The notes: generated from the sequence alone by a model not told the origin. Counted from the whole stretch's first letter, positions 24,661 to 37,514 are shown. The stretch is 63,316 nucleotides of DNA, filler included, from Octopus bimaculoides (GCF_001194135.2; 8 parts of 7 records of this genome joined end to end with filler, not necessarily neighbours in it), one strand, 5' to 3'. Program-made: numbers and translations.

Positions 24661-24857
24661 TTTGTATACTATGTACAACCCTTATCGCATCTTACTGTCT
24701 CATCCATTTCTTTCTTCTCATCCTTTATGTAAATCCCCACACAAATTGTTGTCTGTTCTTGTGATGTAACCATAATCTCTGCTCTTGTGACTCATAAAAG
24801 AAATTATTATTGTTATTGTGGTTGTTGTTGTTGTTGTTGTTGTCGTCGTCGTCGTCG

Positions 24858-24903
<46 letters not shown>

Positions 24904-25120
24904 AAACGGTCTTGTGGTGTTTCTCGATTGCAGCATTAGATCCAGCAACTAATTCAGTTGTAGTTGTTGCTGTTGTAGTTGTTGGTGCAACTCCTGTTGC
25001 TGCTGTTGCTGTTGCTTTTGAAACTGTAATGACAACTAATAGGTCTTCTATAATCAACGAATATTTTGTATCATAAAAAATTGTTAATGGCCAACGTAAG
25101 CTTAGTATCACTCGTCGCCA

Positions 25121-26635
25121 CTTTTATAACGTGGTTTCTGCATATGTCACCTGAGTGTCCTGCACTAATACAGTGTGATATATAGTACCACAGAACGGGG
25201 TAGACACCGACTGTCTCCACTTAATGTATTCCCAAATACTCTTCCAACAACTGTAACCAATCCAAAGCAGCTCTCAACGAACTATAACAACTTCTCAACA
25301 ATTTTCTGCGACTCCACGAACTCACGAACGACACCTTTCATCTTCCTGCGATTTCTCATCTCTCACTCTCTGTCAAAATACGTTGCTACTTATACGAGTT
25401 CGGCTAGTCCATTCTCACAGGAGGTGTGATGATTCTTGCTATAACAGTTTCTAAGTTTCCTTCTATTCTATTTCTATCGCTAATGCCTTACTGAGCCTAA
25501 TGGATTCCACTCTAATTGCCTTTTTCAGGTCAAACTACCATTTGTTGTTGAGAACTGACCCTGTCAAAGCCCGCTTAACTAGTATGCTACTCCGGTCTCT
25601 GTAAGCTTGACACACCGAGTGTAGCGACTTCACCACCAACGAAAACCAGTACCAGCGCCGAGGAAGAGGAGGTGAACGAGGGAAAGAACGGATGGGAAAC
25701 AGCTGGTAAAAAAGAAGAAAGAGAAAGAAAAAAGCACACTTTGTAAATGATGACCCTCATCCCACACCCACTTCACTCCCACCCACACCCACTCTACTCC
25801 AACCTCCCCCTACAGACACAAACGCTCTCCATGTCCTACCTGACACAAACACAAGCACAAGCACACAGGAGCCCCAAACTTCCCCACCCTTGCCCTATAA
25901 GAAAAAATATGTTATACTGTACAACGGACAAGATGAAAAACATTATAATGAGATAGACTCGTGGGACAGAGCGATAAAAGTGAATATAACAGAAGTTAGG
26001 AGATTGCACGAGTACTTTCAGTGTGCGGTGGCCGAGTATCTTTTAAAAGTAAAGGATTATGAGGAGGACATTGCGTGGTGGGTCAAGAAAGTGGGCACCA
26101 GCACAATACCAGAATGAGTAAGCTATCTTGAACTTTTAAAGGAATTTAACATAGGCATTCTTCGGAGATGTAAGTTAACGGTTACAAATAATGTTTTAAG
26201 CTGTTACAAATAATGTTTTAAACTGCAACAAATAATGTTTTAAAAAGAAATTGTATTAACGGTTCAATGAATTCGCTCAGAGGTGGGGCCGAACGGGTTC
26301 ATTTCATTTATCATATATCTCATTCATCCTTTCCATTCCATTCCTACCAAGCGGTCAAGATGCTGTCCCCTCTGTGTTAGGTACTGTGTGGCTCATAAAA
26401 GAAATTGCAGGAAGATGAAAGGTGTCGTTCGTGAGTTCGTGAAGTCGCAGGAAATTGTTGAGAAGTTGTTAAACTTCTTTGAGAGTTGTTTTGGATTAGT
26501 TACAGTTGTTGGCAGAGTATTTGGGAATACATCAAGTGGAAACAGTTGGTGTCTACCCTGTTCCGTGGTACTATATATCACACTGTATTAGTGCACAACA
26601 CTAAGGTGACGTATACAGAAACAACGTTATAAAAG
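25121..26635. mobile_element. Unclassified ~1.5-kb element bounded by 236-bp inverted repeats
   Basis: 25121-25356 and 26400-26635 are colinear inverted copies (paralogous ORFs MIYSTTE...FPNTLPTTVTNPKQLS on opposite strands); no TSD seen. Confidence 0.7.
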
Positions 26636-26669
26636 AAACTTAGAAGAGACACTCAGAAAAGGTATCGTA

Positions 26670-27000
26670 ACCTACGTGCTCGCGGCGAGATTGACCCTGG
26701 ACCAATACTTCGATGTTATAAAAAAACGAGAGGACGAAAGTCGTTCGATGAGCCCCGGGGGCAGAGGCGCAACGTGGCAACAAAGCCATAATTCGGTCTT
26801 TGATGGACGAAAATAGGCACCTGCTACTTGAGCCCGAGCCGATGTATGAGGTTTTTCAGCAGCTCTTCGCTCAACTATTTGGGACGAATGGCGAGATGGA
26901 CTTCAGTGCCTACCTTTACGGCATGTCACGACTCTCTGCAAGGGATGCAGAGTGTTGCGAAATGCTGATAACAGCTGCGATGTGCAGCATTTTGTCTTTT
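26670..27000 (+). mobile_element. L1/Tx1-like LINE ORF2 fragment (endonuclease-RT linker)
   Basis: AEAQRGNKAIIRSLMDENRHLLLEPEPMYEVFQQLFAQLFG...MSRLSARDAECCEMLITA resembles the region just upstream of the RT KSPG motif. Confidence 0.6.
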
Positions 27001-28044
27001 CTGAACAGATGTTTTTTCGGCTCTTTACATTTGTTCTTTGTTTTGTATTGAGGACTTTCGAGATAATTGTTGCTGAACGTAATAAATATATTTTCTACAC
27101 TGGACCTACCCAGTGGTCAAGATCATATTCTTCTAGTTTTGTATTCCTTTTGAACTCACTGTGGACACTCCGAAACAATGGAGTCCTTGCATATTCTACA
27201 TTTTAGTGAGAGGTCTTGCTGATCTATTGAGCTCTTGATCGAGTTTACCCAAGGACTGGTCCCTGGTATTATTTGTGCTTGTACCACCATCACAGATACT
27301 GGGATGGTGGTACTAGAAATAACAGCCAAATATGCCTAAAAAATCTACTATCAACACCACAGTTACCATCACTGTTGTCAGTAGCAACACTACTACCACT
27401 ATACCATCATCACTAGCACCATCATCGCTGTCACCACCACCATCATTCCCACAAGCAACAACTACAAGAACATGATACTATCACTACCGTCGCTGCTACT
27501 ACCATCACTACCGCCAACACTACCACTGCTCTCACCACCAACACTATTACCACCACCGCTACCAGCACCACTTCCACCACCACCATCACCACCCTCATAC
27601 CCACCACCATTACCACTACTACCACTACCATTATACCCACTATTATCATACCCAGCACCACCACCATTTTGTCATTTAATACGAAAATTCAAATTCCAAC
27701 GCAAGGATACTGAATTCTTGATGAATAATTTTCTTGTCTAACACCAACAATCGTCGACCTTCTGGAATAGTCTACACTTCTCCAAACCCCCAACCCCAGC
27801 TTTGTTCTCTTGTCAAACACCCCTGCTCCGTACACCATAAATATTTCACTTTCACCTCCGCACTAAGTCTAACCTTCCATTCCTCCAGCCCTCCACTCGC
27901 TCCAAAACACCAGAGTAAACATGCAGAAAATGGTTTGAAATGTTAAGAGGTTCTAAGTACTTACAAGAGAATCTTATTAAAATGTTTGCTCGAGCTACCT
28001 AGCCGATGTCAAAGCATGACCGCACATACACCTCTAAACACGCG

Positions 28045-28106
<62 letters not shown>

Positions 28107-29831
28107 CATACACACGCACACATGCACACACACACACACACATAAACGCATACACACGCACACATGCACACACACACACATACACACACACCACGCACAC
28201 ACACACACACACACGTCTCACTCTGTTGCTACTACTCTGAGTTATACGTTCTACACAGTAAATCGGAGGTAGATTTAAATAACTAACCGTACAAGATAGA
28301 TGCTTTGAGTACAATTGTCTCCCTTCATAAATCCAAATGAGCGCGCGCACATATGCATATACACACACACTCATACGCATGCACACACAAAAACGCACAT
28401 GCTTACACACATATTATATTCAATATATTATGTTTCATTATATTTCATATGTCTTAGTCTTATATTCTATATACTGTTTCATTATATGATATCAAATGTC
28501 TTAGTGTTATAGTAGCACAGTGATATATGCATATATAAATTAGCTCTATCATAGGATATTGAGTAATATCGTAACATTAACACTGAAGTATCAATAACAT
28601 ATAACATTGTATAGATTACAAGATTACAAGTTATATTAATTACCATTAATTACCATAGAAGCTAGATTTTTGTTTTATTGGAATTTATTCCGAGATAGGG
28701 TGAATAAAATTATTCTTATTACATGACAAAATGTGTGCCCCAGAGACTGCAATTCTGAAAATCAGTTGATTCTCCTCCATTAAGATAATATCAAAGGAAC
28801 TTGGATCAAGATTATATAAGGATTATAGTCGAGTTAAATTACTGGATATTGTTTATATATGTACAGTCCGTGTATTTACGCCCACAAATCGATATTATTT
28901 TGGGCATCTATAAAGTCAGCAGTAGTTATGGCAGTAGTGATGTTCCAGCTCATGGTCACGTGCATAAGTACGTTGGAAACTAGGAAGTACTAGACCGTTC
29001 TAGGAAAAGAAAAATGAAGTGTAATAATAGAAAAGAGGAAATAAAGAGAAAAGTAGAAGTCGACCTTCGCAGTAAGGCGGTTCCGTATGGATTGAAGGCT
29101 GGACTTTCCAATTGTCCAGTGAGGATTTGTCTGTAAAAATTTCATTTTCAGAATTGAGACAGTTCTTAGCGAGCTTTAAGTTTGTTAGAATCTTCATCTC
29201 TACTACACAAAGGCTGCACTTTTTGGATCTTTGTTATAGTCAGTCTCACAATCTTCCCAAACCCATACATGATCTGCTAATATTGTAGATGTCTGCTTGT
29301 TTGGATATTTGAAAGTTGATACATAATTATAAAATCTAATGTAAAGGCCCTCAACCATGCCTATATAACAATAATGATGACAACGATGACAACCACGATG
29401 ATGATGATGATGATGAAGACGACAATGACGACGATGATGATGATCGGCGACAACATCATCATCTTGGGAACCAGCAACGATGCTCTCTCTTTTTTCAAAA
29501 TAGCTTCTTTTCAGTTCATCTTTTCCCGCTCTTCAGCCAGTAATACTTACTCCACACCTACAGTCGACAAAGATGGCGATCTCCTATGGTTATATCAACA
29601 AGAAATTCCAGACGAAATGTTTTTCAAATTAAACCCATTGTCAGGGCTTTTTGTTTATTTTTGTTTTTCTTTTATTTGTTTATTCATCTTGTTCAATTTT
29701 ATCATACCCTTCTATCAACCCGATTATCTGCTAATCAGTTGATCCACCCTTCCACTCTCACAAAATTGCGATCTGTAATCTTTGTTTTATGTAGCTAATT
29801 AGAATTCAACTAAGTCAGGCATTGTCAGGAT

Positions 29832-29884
<53 letters not shown>

Positions 29885-30619
29885 CTCTTTCTTTTTCTCT
29901 AGCTTTTTCTCTTTCTTTTTCTCTAGCTTTTTCTCTTTCTTTTTCTCCTACTCCTTTTCTCTCTGCCCTTCATTATATCTATGTATACATATAGAGAGAA
30001 GCGGTAAATGTGTACGTATGTGTGCGTATGCTTCGTGTCTGCGTGTGTCTATAGGTGGATATTCATTTTTTTATCTCGCAAGAACTACAGTATCTTCTAC
30101 ATATCTCCTTCGTTTCTAGACGTGTTGTTATAATCATTATTGGATATAACCTCCACCCTGTATCATATATTTCAGACATGTTGTTATATCAACGAATACA
30201 TTCGCTATTGTATATTCTAGAATGTTATTATAAATATCCTAGAACATACCACATACTTTATACCATTCCATTCTAGATACGATGTATCTCTTCAAGAAAA
30301 CATGTTCTGACATCTACAGCAGCATCGTAAAGAACTCTTGGTTCTATTCCTGCGTAAATCCCATCTTCATTTATGCAACCACTTCCCTCAGACAGCAAAA
30401 CATCAGCACCACCACCCCACACCTTATAAATATTCTCTCTTTCATATATTTCAAGGCATCATGCAAGATACTCAAGTATGCTTCACTATAACCAAATAAT
30501 TAACAAGATCACTCACCAACCATGAAATCACAGTTCGATCCCATTGTGTGAAACATTGAAATGCCGGAATATTCTGAAATTGACCAATATTTATACCAAA
30601 ATTATACAAGAGTGATATG

Positions 30620-30726
<107 letters not shown>

Positions 30727-30939
30727 CGCGCGTACGTGTATGGTAACTAAGAACGCAAAGAAATTTCAATTTCTTTTATAATTCCTAAATTCTTTCCTAT
30801 TTCTAGCCAAAAATATATTTCTGTCAGTCTATCCCTCTTCGGTAAAAACGAACAGATACAAAACGCAGCAGTCCATTCACCATTCAGGTTAAAGTCTTTA
30901 TTGTAAATGAAAGTAGAATAAGAGAAATAGAAATAATAT

Positions 30940-31153
30940 TGATTTCAAATTTTGACACAAGGCCAACTATTTCGGAGAAGAGGATAAGTCGATTACATCG
31001 ACCCTAGTGTTCAACTGATACTTATTTTATCGACCCCGAATGGATGACAAGCACTAATCGACTGCGGAGGTACTTGAACTCACAACTAAGACGGGCGGAA
31101 CGCCGTTAAGCATTTTTCCCGGCGTGTTAACGAGTCTGTCAACTCACTGCCTT
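30940..31153 (-). mobile_element. tRNA-headed SINE (family B), diverged
   Basis: GTCGATTACATCGACCCTAG...ATCGACCCCGAA...CGGCGTGTTAACGAGTCTGTCAACTCACTGCCTT. Confidence 0.75.
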
Positions 31154-31173
31154 AAAAGGAGGCGTAATAATAT

Positions 31174-32096
31174 CACTGGTCAATAAGTGTTTTTTACATC
31201 AAGTATATCCCAAGGTTTACTTAGTGTAGTTTTTAATGCTGACAGACAAGAACACCATACCAGCCAGGACTGTCTAGCGTCAAGAATACACCTCTTGTAG
31301 ATCCATGTAATGCCCAATTGCTTCCTTTGCACATAAAGCTTGAACTGATGAAACAATTTGTAGAAAAGTTTCCCAAAATCACACAGGCAAAGTTGGAAGA
31401 GGGTATCTTTGTCGGACTCCAAATTAGAGAAGTATTCAAAGATGTCAACTTCAAGATAACACTGGATGAACTGGAACTGCCTGCCTGGAATGCTTTCAAT
31501 TGGATCTGTGAGAATTTCTGGAGCAACAACAAGGCAGTGGACTACAAGGATGACATCAATGGTCTTCTGAAGTGTTACTCAGCAATAGGTTCACTTTTTG
31601 GACTCCCATCTGGATTGCTTCGCAGATGACCTTGGAGCAGCGCCTGATGAACATGGTGAAAGATTTCACCAGGACATTAGTGCTATGGAGAAATGGTACC
31701 AAGGCTTCTGGAATGACAGTATGCTGGCTGACTACAGCTGGACACTTTACCGTGATCAACCATATCAGGAACACCGCAGGATATCCAAACCACAATGTTT
31801 CAAACTCTATTGTTCTAACATTGTTTGTTTTGTCTGACCCATTTTTGTGTATTCACTCTTTGTAGAATGATAGTGATGATTATTAACTCAATAAACTCAT
31901 TTACTTTCTAAAAATAATATGTCCTTATTTATTATATTAATGATTTCATATATACAAATATGTAAATATTTGCATGTATCTACTGAAAAAGTGGTACATG
32001 CTGGTGTACAATTTTGAAATCAGCATGAAAAATTAGTCTAAAAAAGTTGGTTTTCATTCATAATGAGTATAATACATTTAATTTTGCTGACCAGTA
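31174..32096 (+). mobile_element. Internally deleted Chapaev3-like (CMC) DNA transposon
   Basis: Termini CACTGGTCAA and TTTTGCTGACCAGTA (inverted, one mismatch). Transposase remnants LPLHIKLELMKQFV...KFPKITQAKLEEGIFVGLQIR and SHLDCFADDLGAAPDEHGERFHQDISAMEKWYQG...MLADYSW. The Chapaev3 label comes from recalled motif similarity. Confidence 0.7.
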
Positions 32097-33014
32097 TTAA
32101 GATTAAATATTTCGTATTTCTTTCATCTGCAAAGGTAAATCTTTCAAATTTTAAATCCAGGTAATACAAGAAGTTCACCTTTTCCAGACGTTTCCTTTCT
32201 GTGTGCATTTGTCTAGTTTAGATCTGTCCTACTGGATACATATACTGTCAAACTTCTCCCTTTTTTTCTTACTCTCTCCTTCTTAATTTATATTCAAGTA
32301 TAACCTGACTATACCACGGAATTATATGTCTCTTAGGGAGGAACGACTGCTAGAAACATGTTTATAGATACAAATATGGAACAATATTAAATAGATTTAA
32401 ATTTCACTGTCAAACCATAACGCTTTCAAAACATTAAACGGACACTATGAACCTCAAATATCTTCATCTCTTCCTGGGTTAAACGAAAGCGCTCACACAC
32501 TAGAAAAAAAAACTTCTTCCTAAAAAAGGTTAGTAACATCCTGAAATAAGGTTTCATAACATTTTTTAATAATTTTTTTTTAATCACCTTTAAACTTCAA
32601 AACTGTATTAAGTAATTCTCTTAGATTTTAGGCATGTTCTATGTATTGCCTCGTGTTTATATGTTTTTATTTTTCATTCCCTTTCGAAATTATCCCTAAT
32701 TGTGGTTTGGAGTTTGACTGCTCCTTCTAGCAGGTTAGATGTCTGATTATGGACATCTCTCTTATGTGTTTAAATGTACACTGTATGTATTTATATGAAT
32801 AATATATAGTCTATTGACTAGTTTTTTTCTTCTCGCTAGACCACTGGTAGCAAAAAGAATTTCTAAATTTTTTTGCTACCCTGAAATGTATTAATATAGA
32901 TATCTTTTTATTATNNNNNNNNNNNNNNNNNNNNNNNNNNNNNNNNNNNNNNNNNNNNTTAATTAATTAANNNNNNNNNNNNNNNNNNNNNNNNNNNNNN
33001 NNNNNNNNNNNNNN

Positions 33015-33056
<42 letters not shown>

Positions 33057-33159
33057 GTGTATGGATATGCATATATACGTGAATGCATGTATGTATGTAC
33101 CAATAGGTGTGTGCATATGGATTAAAGTTGACCTTATAACTAGCTCTCTGCGAGCCTGT

Positions 33160-33297
<138 letters not shown>

Positions 33298-33443
33298 TAT
33301 ATATATACGGGCATTAACTGTGTATTAATGCCTCACGCTTTGAGGGACTAAATAAGTTAAAAACTACCAAAAATAAGAAACATATTTACCGAAAGCGAGG
33401 GAATGCAGCTTTCAAAATTTATCTCTTAAAAACATTTAACTCA

Positions 33444-33526
33444 ACGGTAGACCACTCACTGGTTTCTCAATCAAATACAGAAAGAACTGTGAAGTAACCT
33501 GTATTCTTTTGTTCATCAGTACACGT
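33444..33526 (-). ncRNA. Putative type I hammerhead ribozyme (second arm)
   Basis: Same fold on the minus strand: CUGAUGA 33519-33513, GAAA 33466-33463, stem III ACCA-GUGAG-UGGU, GUC site ending at 33450. Confidence 0.6.
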
Positions 33527-33676
33527 ATTATTCTGTATAAGCACATGTTACCGAGATGCAACCTGATAAATTCAAATCTTTTTCAGGGATATGTAATTGT
33601 GAACAAAAGTCATCGTTGCTGTGATGGCTACATCGTGGTAGGTTGATTCTTGTTTATTTTTATATATCTTGACCAT

Positions 33677-33755
33677 ACGTGTACTGATGAACAAAAGAAT
33701 ACAGGTTACTTCACAGTTCTTTCTGTATTCGATTGAGAAACCAGTGGTCTACCGT
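33677..33755 (+). ncRNA. Putative type I hammerhead ribozyme
   Basis: Stem I ACG(T)GTA/TACCGT; CUGAUGA 33684-33690; stem II CAA-AA-GAATACAG/CTGTATTC-GA-TTG; GAAA 33737-33740; stem III ACC/GGU; GUC site ending 33749. One deviation: positions 10.1/11.1 are A.A instead of G-C. Confidence 0.6.
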
Positions 33756-34243
33756 TGAGTTAAATGTTATTAAGAGATAAAGTTTGAAAGCTGCATTCCC
33801 TCGCTTTCGGTAAATATGTTGCTTATTTTTTGGTAGTTTTTGACTTATTTAGTCCCTCAAAACGTGAGGCATTAATACACAGTTAATGCCCTTATATATA
33901 NNNNNNNNNNNNNNNNNNNNNNNNNNNNNNNNNNNNNNNNNNNNNNNNNNNNNNNNNNNNNNNNNNNNNNNNNNNNNNNNNNNNNNNNNNNNNNNNNNNN
34001 NNNNNNNNNNNNNNNNNNNNNNNNNNNNNNNNNNNNNNNNNNNNNNNNNNNNNNNNNNNNNNNNNNNNNNNNNNNNNNNNNNNNNNNNNNNNNNNNNNNN
34101 NNNNNNNNNNNNNNNNNNNNNNNNNNNNNNNNNNNNNNNNNNNNNNNNNNNNNNNNNNNNNNNNNNNNNNNNNNNNNNNNNNNNNNNNNNNNNNNNNNNN
34201 NNNNNNNNNNNNNNNACACACACACACGTATATATATATACAA

Positions 34244-34308
<65 letters not shown>

Positions 34309-34389
34309 TATATGCATATATATGTACATGCATGTACATACCTTCATCTACATGTATATATAGATGCATATCTGGGTAAATGACGTTGG

Positions 34390-34515
34390 AAAAAAACAAG
34401 GACAAAATGATAAACAAGGTACAAAAAACACACAGGCCACATAGTGAACATTTCCTTCATCAGCTGCCACCATTATAACACTGGCGTTTCGAAGAGTTAG
34501 GACAGGACGTATCAG
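34390..34515 (-). mobile_element. Penelope pLTR-like fragment with permuted GAAAC...CTGATGA motif
   Basis: Minus strand: CTCTTC-GAAAC-GCCA-GTGTTATAA-TGGTG-GCAG-CTGATGA-AGGAAA. Confidence 0.45.
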
Positions 34516-34521
34516 GTAGAC

Positions 34522-34554
<33 letters not shown>

Positions 34555-34572
34555 ACTATGTAAATATATGAT

Positions 34573-34795
34573 CTGGCAGAATCGTTAGCACGTCAGGCGA
34601 AATGCTAAGTGGTATTTCGTCTGCCGTTACGTTCTAAGTTAAAATTCCGCCGAGGTTGACTTTGCCTTTCATCCTTTCGGGGTCAATTAAATAAGTACTA
34701 GTTACGCACGGGGTCGATGTAATCGACTTAATCCCTTTGTCTGTCCTTGTTTGTCCCCTCTATCGTTATCCCCCTGTGGGTAATAAAGAAATAAA
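34573..34795 (+). mobile_element. Near full-length tRNA-headed SINE (family B)
   Basis: CTGGCAGAATCGTTAGCACG...AAATTCCGCCGAGGTTGACTTTGCC...TAATAAAGAAATAAAT. Confidence 0.85.
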
Positions 34796-34968
34796 TACGC
34801 ATTTGTGTGACGTACATGGAAGTGCGATTCTCTTTGCATCTTTGCATGTACACATGAATTTATTTTGGGGTGGAGGTAGAGATAGCATTGTCACAAGTTC
34901 GTTCTCTTCTCTCTCATCATTTATCTCTCTCTCTCTCTCTCCCTCTCTCTCGCTCTTTCATACACACA

Positions 34969-35014
<46 letters not shown>

Positions 35015-35767
35015 TCCTAATGCCTATACAGAGAGATTAATGAACACAATTATTTGCACTCAAACAAACATAAGCAGCGTTTTACTTTTTTCATATCTGC
35101 TACTGTGTAATCAAAAACAACCACGTAAGAACATAATTTAGATCTTTCTTTGTGGCCTGCAATCATTCATAATATTATTACAATTATTATTTTTGTTGTT
35201 TTTAACATTCAACGTAGAATATACAGAAACAACAACATTTACATGTCTAGTAGTATTTTAGCTGTTGTTGATGTTATAGTTCTTTTTTTTTATTTTTCAT
35301 TGTAATACTTTTTATTTTGATGTCGTTTGTATTAAGTACTTTCGTTAAGAATTTTAAATTCTCTTCCAGAACATTCAATCAATACATAATTTGTTTATAC
35401 ATTTTTCTTCTGTTTAAATATTTCTGCTCTGTATGTTTCTGTCCAATCAAGCATACATACAAGTGTGTATTGCATGTTGATACAAGTATGTGTAGCTCGA
35501 TAATTGTATAGAAATATACGGGTAATGTGTATACAGATTTTACATGCTTGTGTGTAACGTGAGAGTAGCTGAGATCGTGAGTCCTTATGTCACAAAACAA
35601 TAACCAATTCCAAATATTATTCTCTTCAACAATATGTAATGATCGACACATTCCCTCATTGCAATTGATCAATGGAAAATCAGGCATATGTATGTATGCA
35701 TATGTGCATTTAATATACGGATACACACATATATTAATTAGTGTATAATATACATATGTGTATGCGT

Positions 35768-35810
<43 letters not shown>

Positions 35811-35939
35811 TTTAGTTTTAGGGAAAAGAACCAAGGTTCATGAACTCATCGATGAAAATACACTGTCACATATAGAAAGATTAATAAATAAAAGCACAAT
35901 AAATAAGTATAATATAATACAAAGTAAATATCATAAGAC

Positions 35940-36260
35940 ACAGATAATAAAACGACTACACGTGTTTCATAACCAATTTTCAAATAGAAAGAAAATTTAA
36001 ATCGATTAAAATCGATTAAAACTATCGAAAAATAATTCTATTCAAAAATATAGCTAATATTCAAGTCCAAATACAACAATAATAATAATAAAAGAATGTA
36101 TACATCGACCAACAATAAATAACGAGTGAATGTATATAAAATACTTATTATACAAAATAGAAAAATATTATTACAACTTTCAAAATAATAAACATTCCAT
36201 AATCAACCCTACGTCCATTATAATATACGCTAACAGGTATTGGAATTTCAACATCAAGAA
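35940..36260 (+). mobile_element. Possible heavily degraded Penelope GIY-YIG 3' end
   Basis: KRLHVFHNQFSNRKK and LLYKIEKYYYNFQNNKHSIIN loosely resemble PLE endonuclease C-terminal blocks. Confidence 0.3.
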
Positions 36261-36310
36261 CAGGGTATTTTTGTCTGTCTCTCTGTATGTATGTATGTAT
36301 GTATGTATGT

Positions 36311-36714
36311 GCAGATTTGTATGTTTTATGTATGTATTCTCATGCATACAGTAGCATATCTAGACATGCTCATATATATTTAAATGCTAAACTTCTGAAA
36401 AGTTTTACAGTTTTTACAGTTCAACTGATGCATTAGAGCTGTAGCCACCGAATTAGCTTTCTCCTTTCTGGTTTTGAGAAGACTCATTTCTCAAGATTGG
36501 TATACATAACAGTGTGTTATGTATACCAGGGCCCCAATAATTATAGGTATAAACCTGAACTCGTAATCTGGGTAGTGTAACAGCAGATTTCTCAATAGCT
36601 CATCATAGGTGTTCCTTTTTTACTGAACTTCAGCTTTATGTTAACATCAGCTCGGCAGCTAATTTCTACAACTGTGAACAGTTTCTCTTCTCTATCCCAA
36701 ATAATTATATCAGG
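36311..36714 (-). mobile_element. 3' end of an RLE-type non-LTR retrotransposon (R4/Dong- or NeSL/HERO-like)
   Basis: Minus translation PDIIIWDREEKLFTVVEISCRADVNIKLK, then after a frameshift ...YDELLRNLLLHYPDYEFRFIPIIIGAL, matching the PD-(D/E)xK-type restriction-like endonuclease; flanked on both sides by (ACAT)n. Confidence 0.8.
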
Positions 36715-37514
36715 TATGTATGTATGTATGTATGTATGTATGTTTATAGGTATATATGTATGTATAAATCTATAAATGAATATATATATTATATAGAGAG
36801 GGTTAATATCCAAGCTGTTTCGTTTTCAAGCATACAAGCATATCTGCGTATTTCAATATTCCACATCTGTGTTTAGGTGTTATAATATCTTATTTGTGTG
36901 TCAAGTGGAAAATATTTTCTGCTGAGCAATAGCAACAAACCATGTATATAGCAACCCCCAGTCACATACACACAAGTACACAGACACACAGACATACACA
37001 CACACACACAGTATGTATATGCATCTCCACGCGCGTATTTGGGGAGTAATGTGTTACGAAATATAATGTCGTTGCCTCGAGTGTTTGTCTTGGAGGAGTT
37101 TGGCTGTTTGTGTGACGATGGTAACTGTACAGATTGAAGCAGCCATTTTATGGTAGCTAAATGTATTTTTGCTTTATCCTCAAACATCTTTCCTCGAAAG
37201 TTTCGTTGCTTCTAAATTGTGTTATTTTAGAAAGTCGGGGAAGTAATGTATGAGTTGCTGGTTAATAGGCTGCCAAGTCTAATACACTGAGTAGCTTCAT
37301 CAATGCCTCAATAAAATAGCGTATCCGTTTCTAATGGCTACGCCTTAAACTCGTAGAAGAACACATTTTCATTGAATACGTTTTATAAGCGTGGAGAAGT
37401 CGTAAACCATTTCAGAAGTGTTTAACTTGGTATTTACCTCCTCAGACACAAATTTGACTAAATCATTGTTCCAATATGGCTACAACAAACGGTCTGAAAA
37501 AAATAAAAGTATTC

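Larger units (their letters stand above)
33309..33891. mobile_element. 583-bp fold-back element (~220-bp near-identical inverted arms, ~146-bp spacer), probable inverted Penelope-type pLTR pair
   Basis: GGGCATTAACTG...ACACGTAT (33309-33528) inverted at 33675-33891; each arm contains a hammerhead core. Confidence 0.8.

Noticed and set aside
30282-30491. ORF with YSCVNPIFIY resembling GPCR TM7 NPxxY
   Set aside because: Spacing is NPxxxY, there is no upstream TM5-6 in frame and no other GPCR exon was found.
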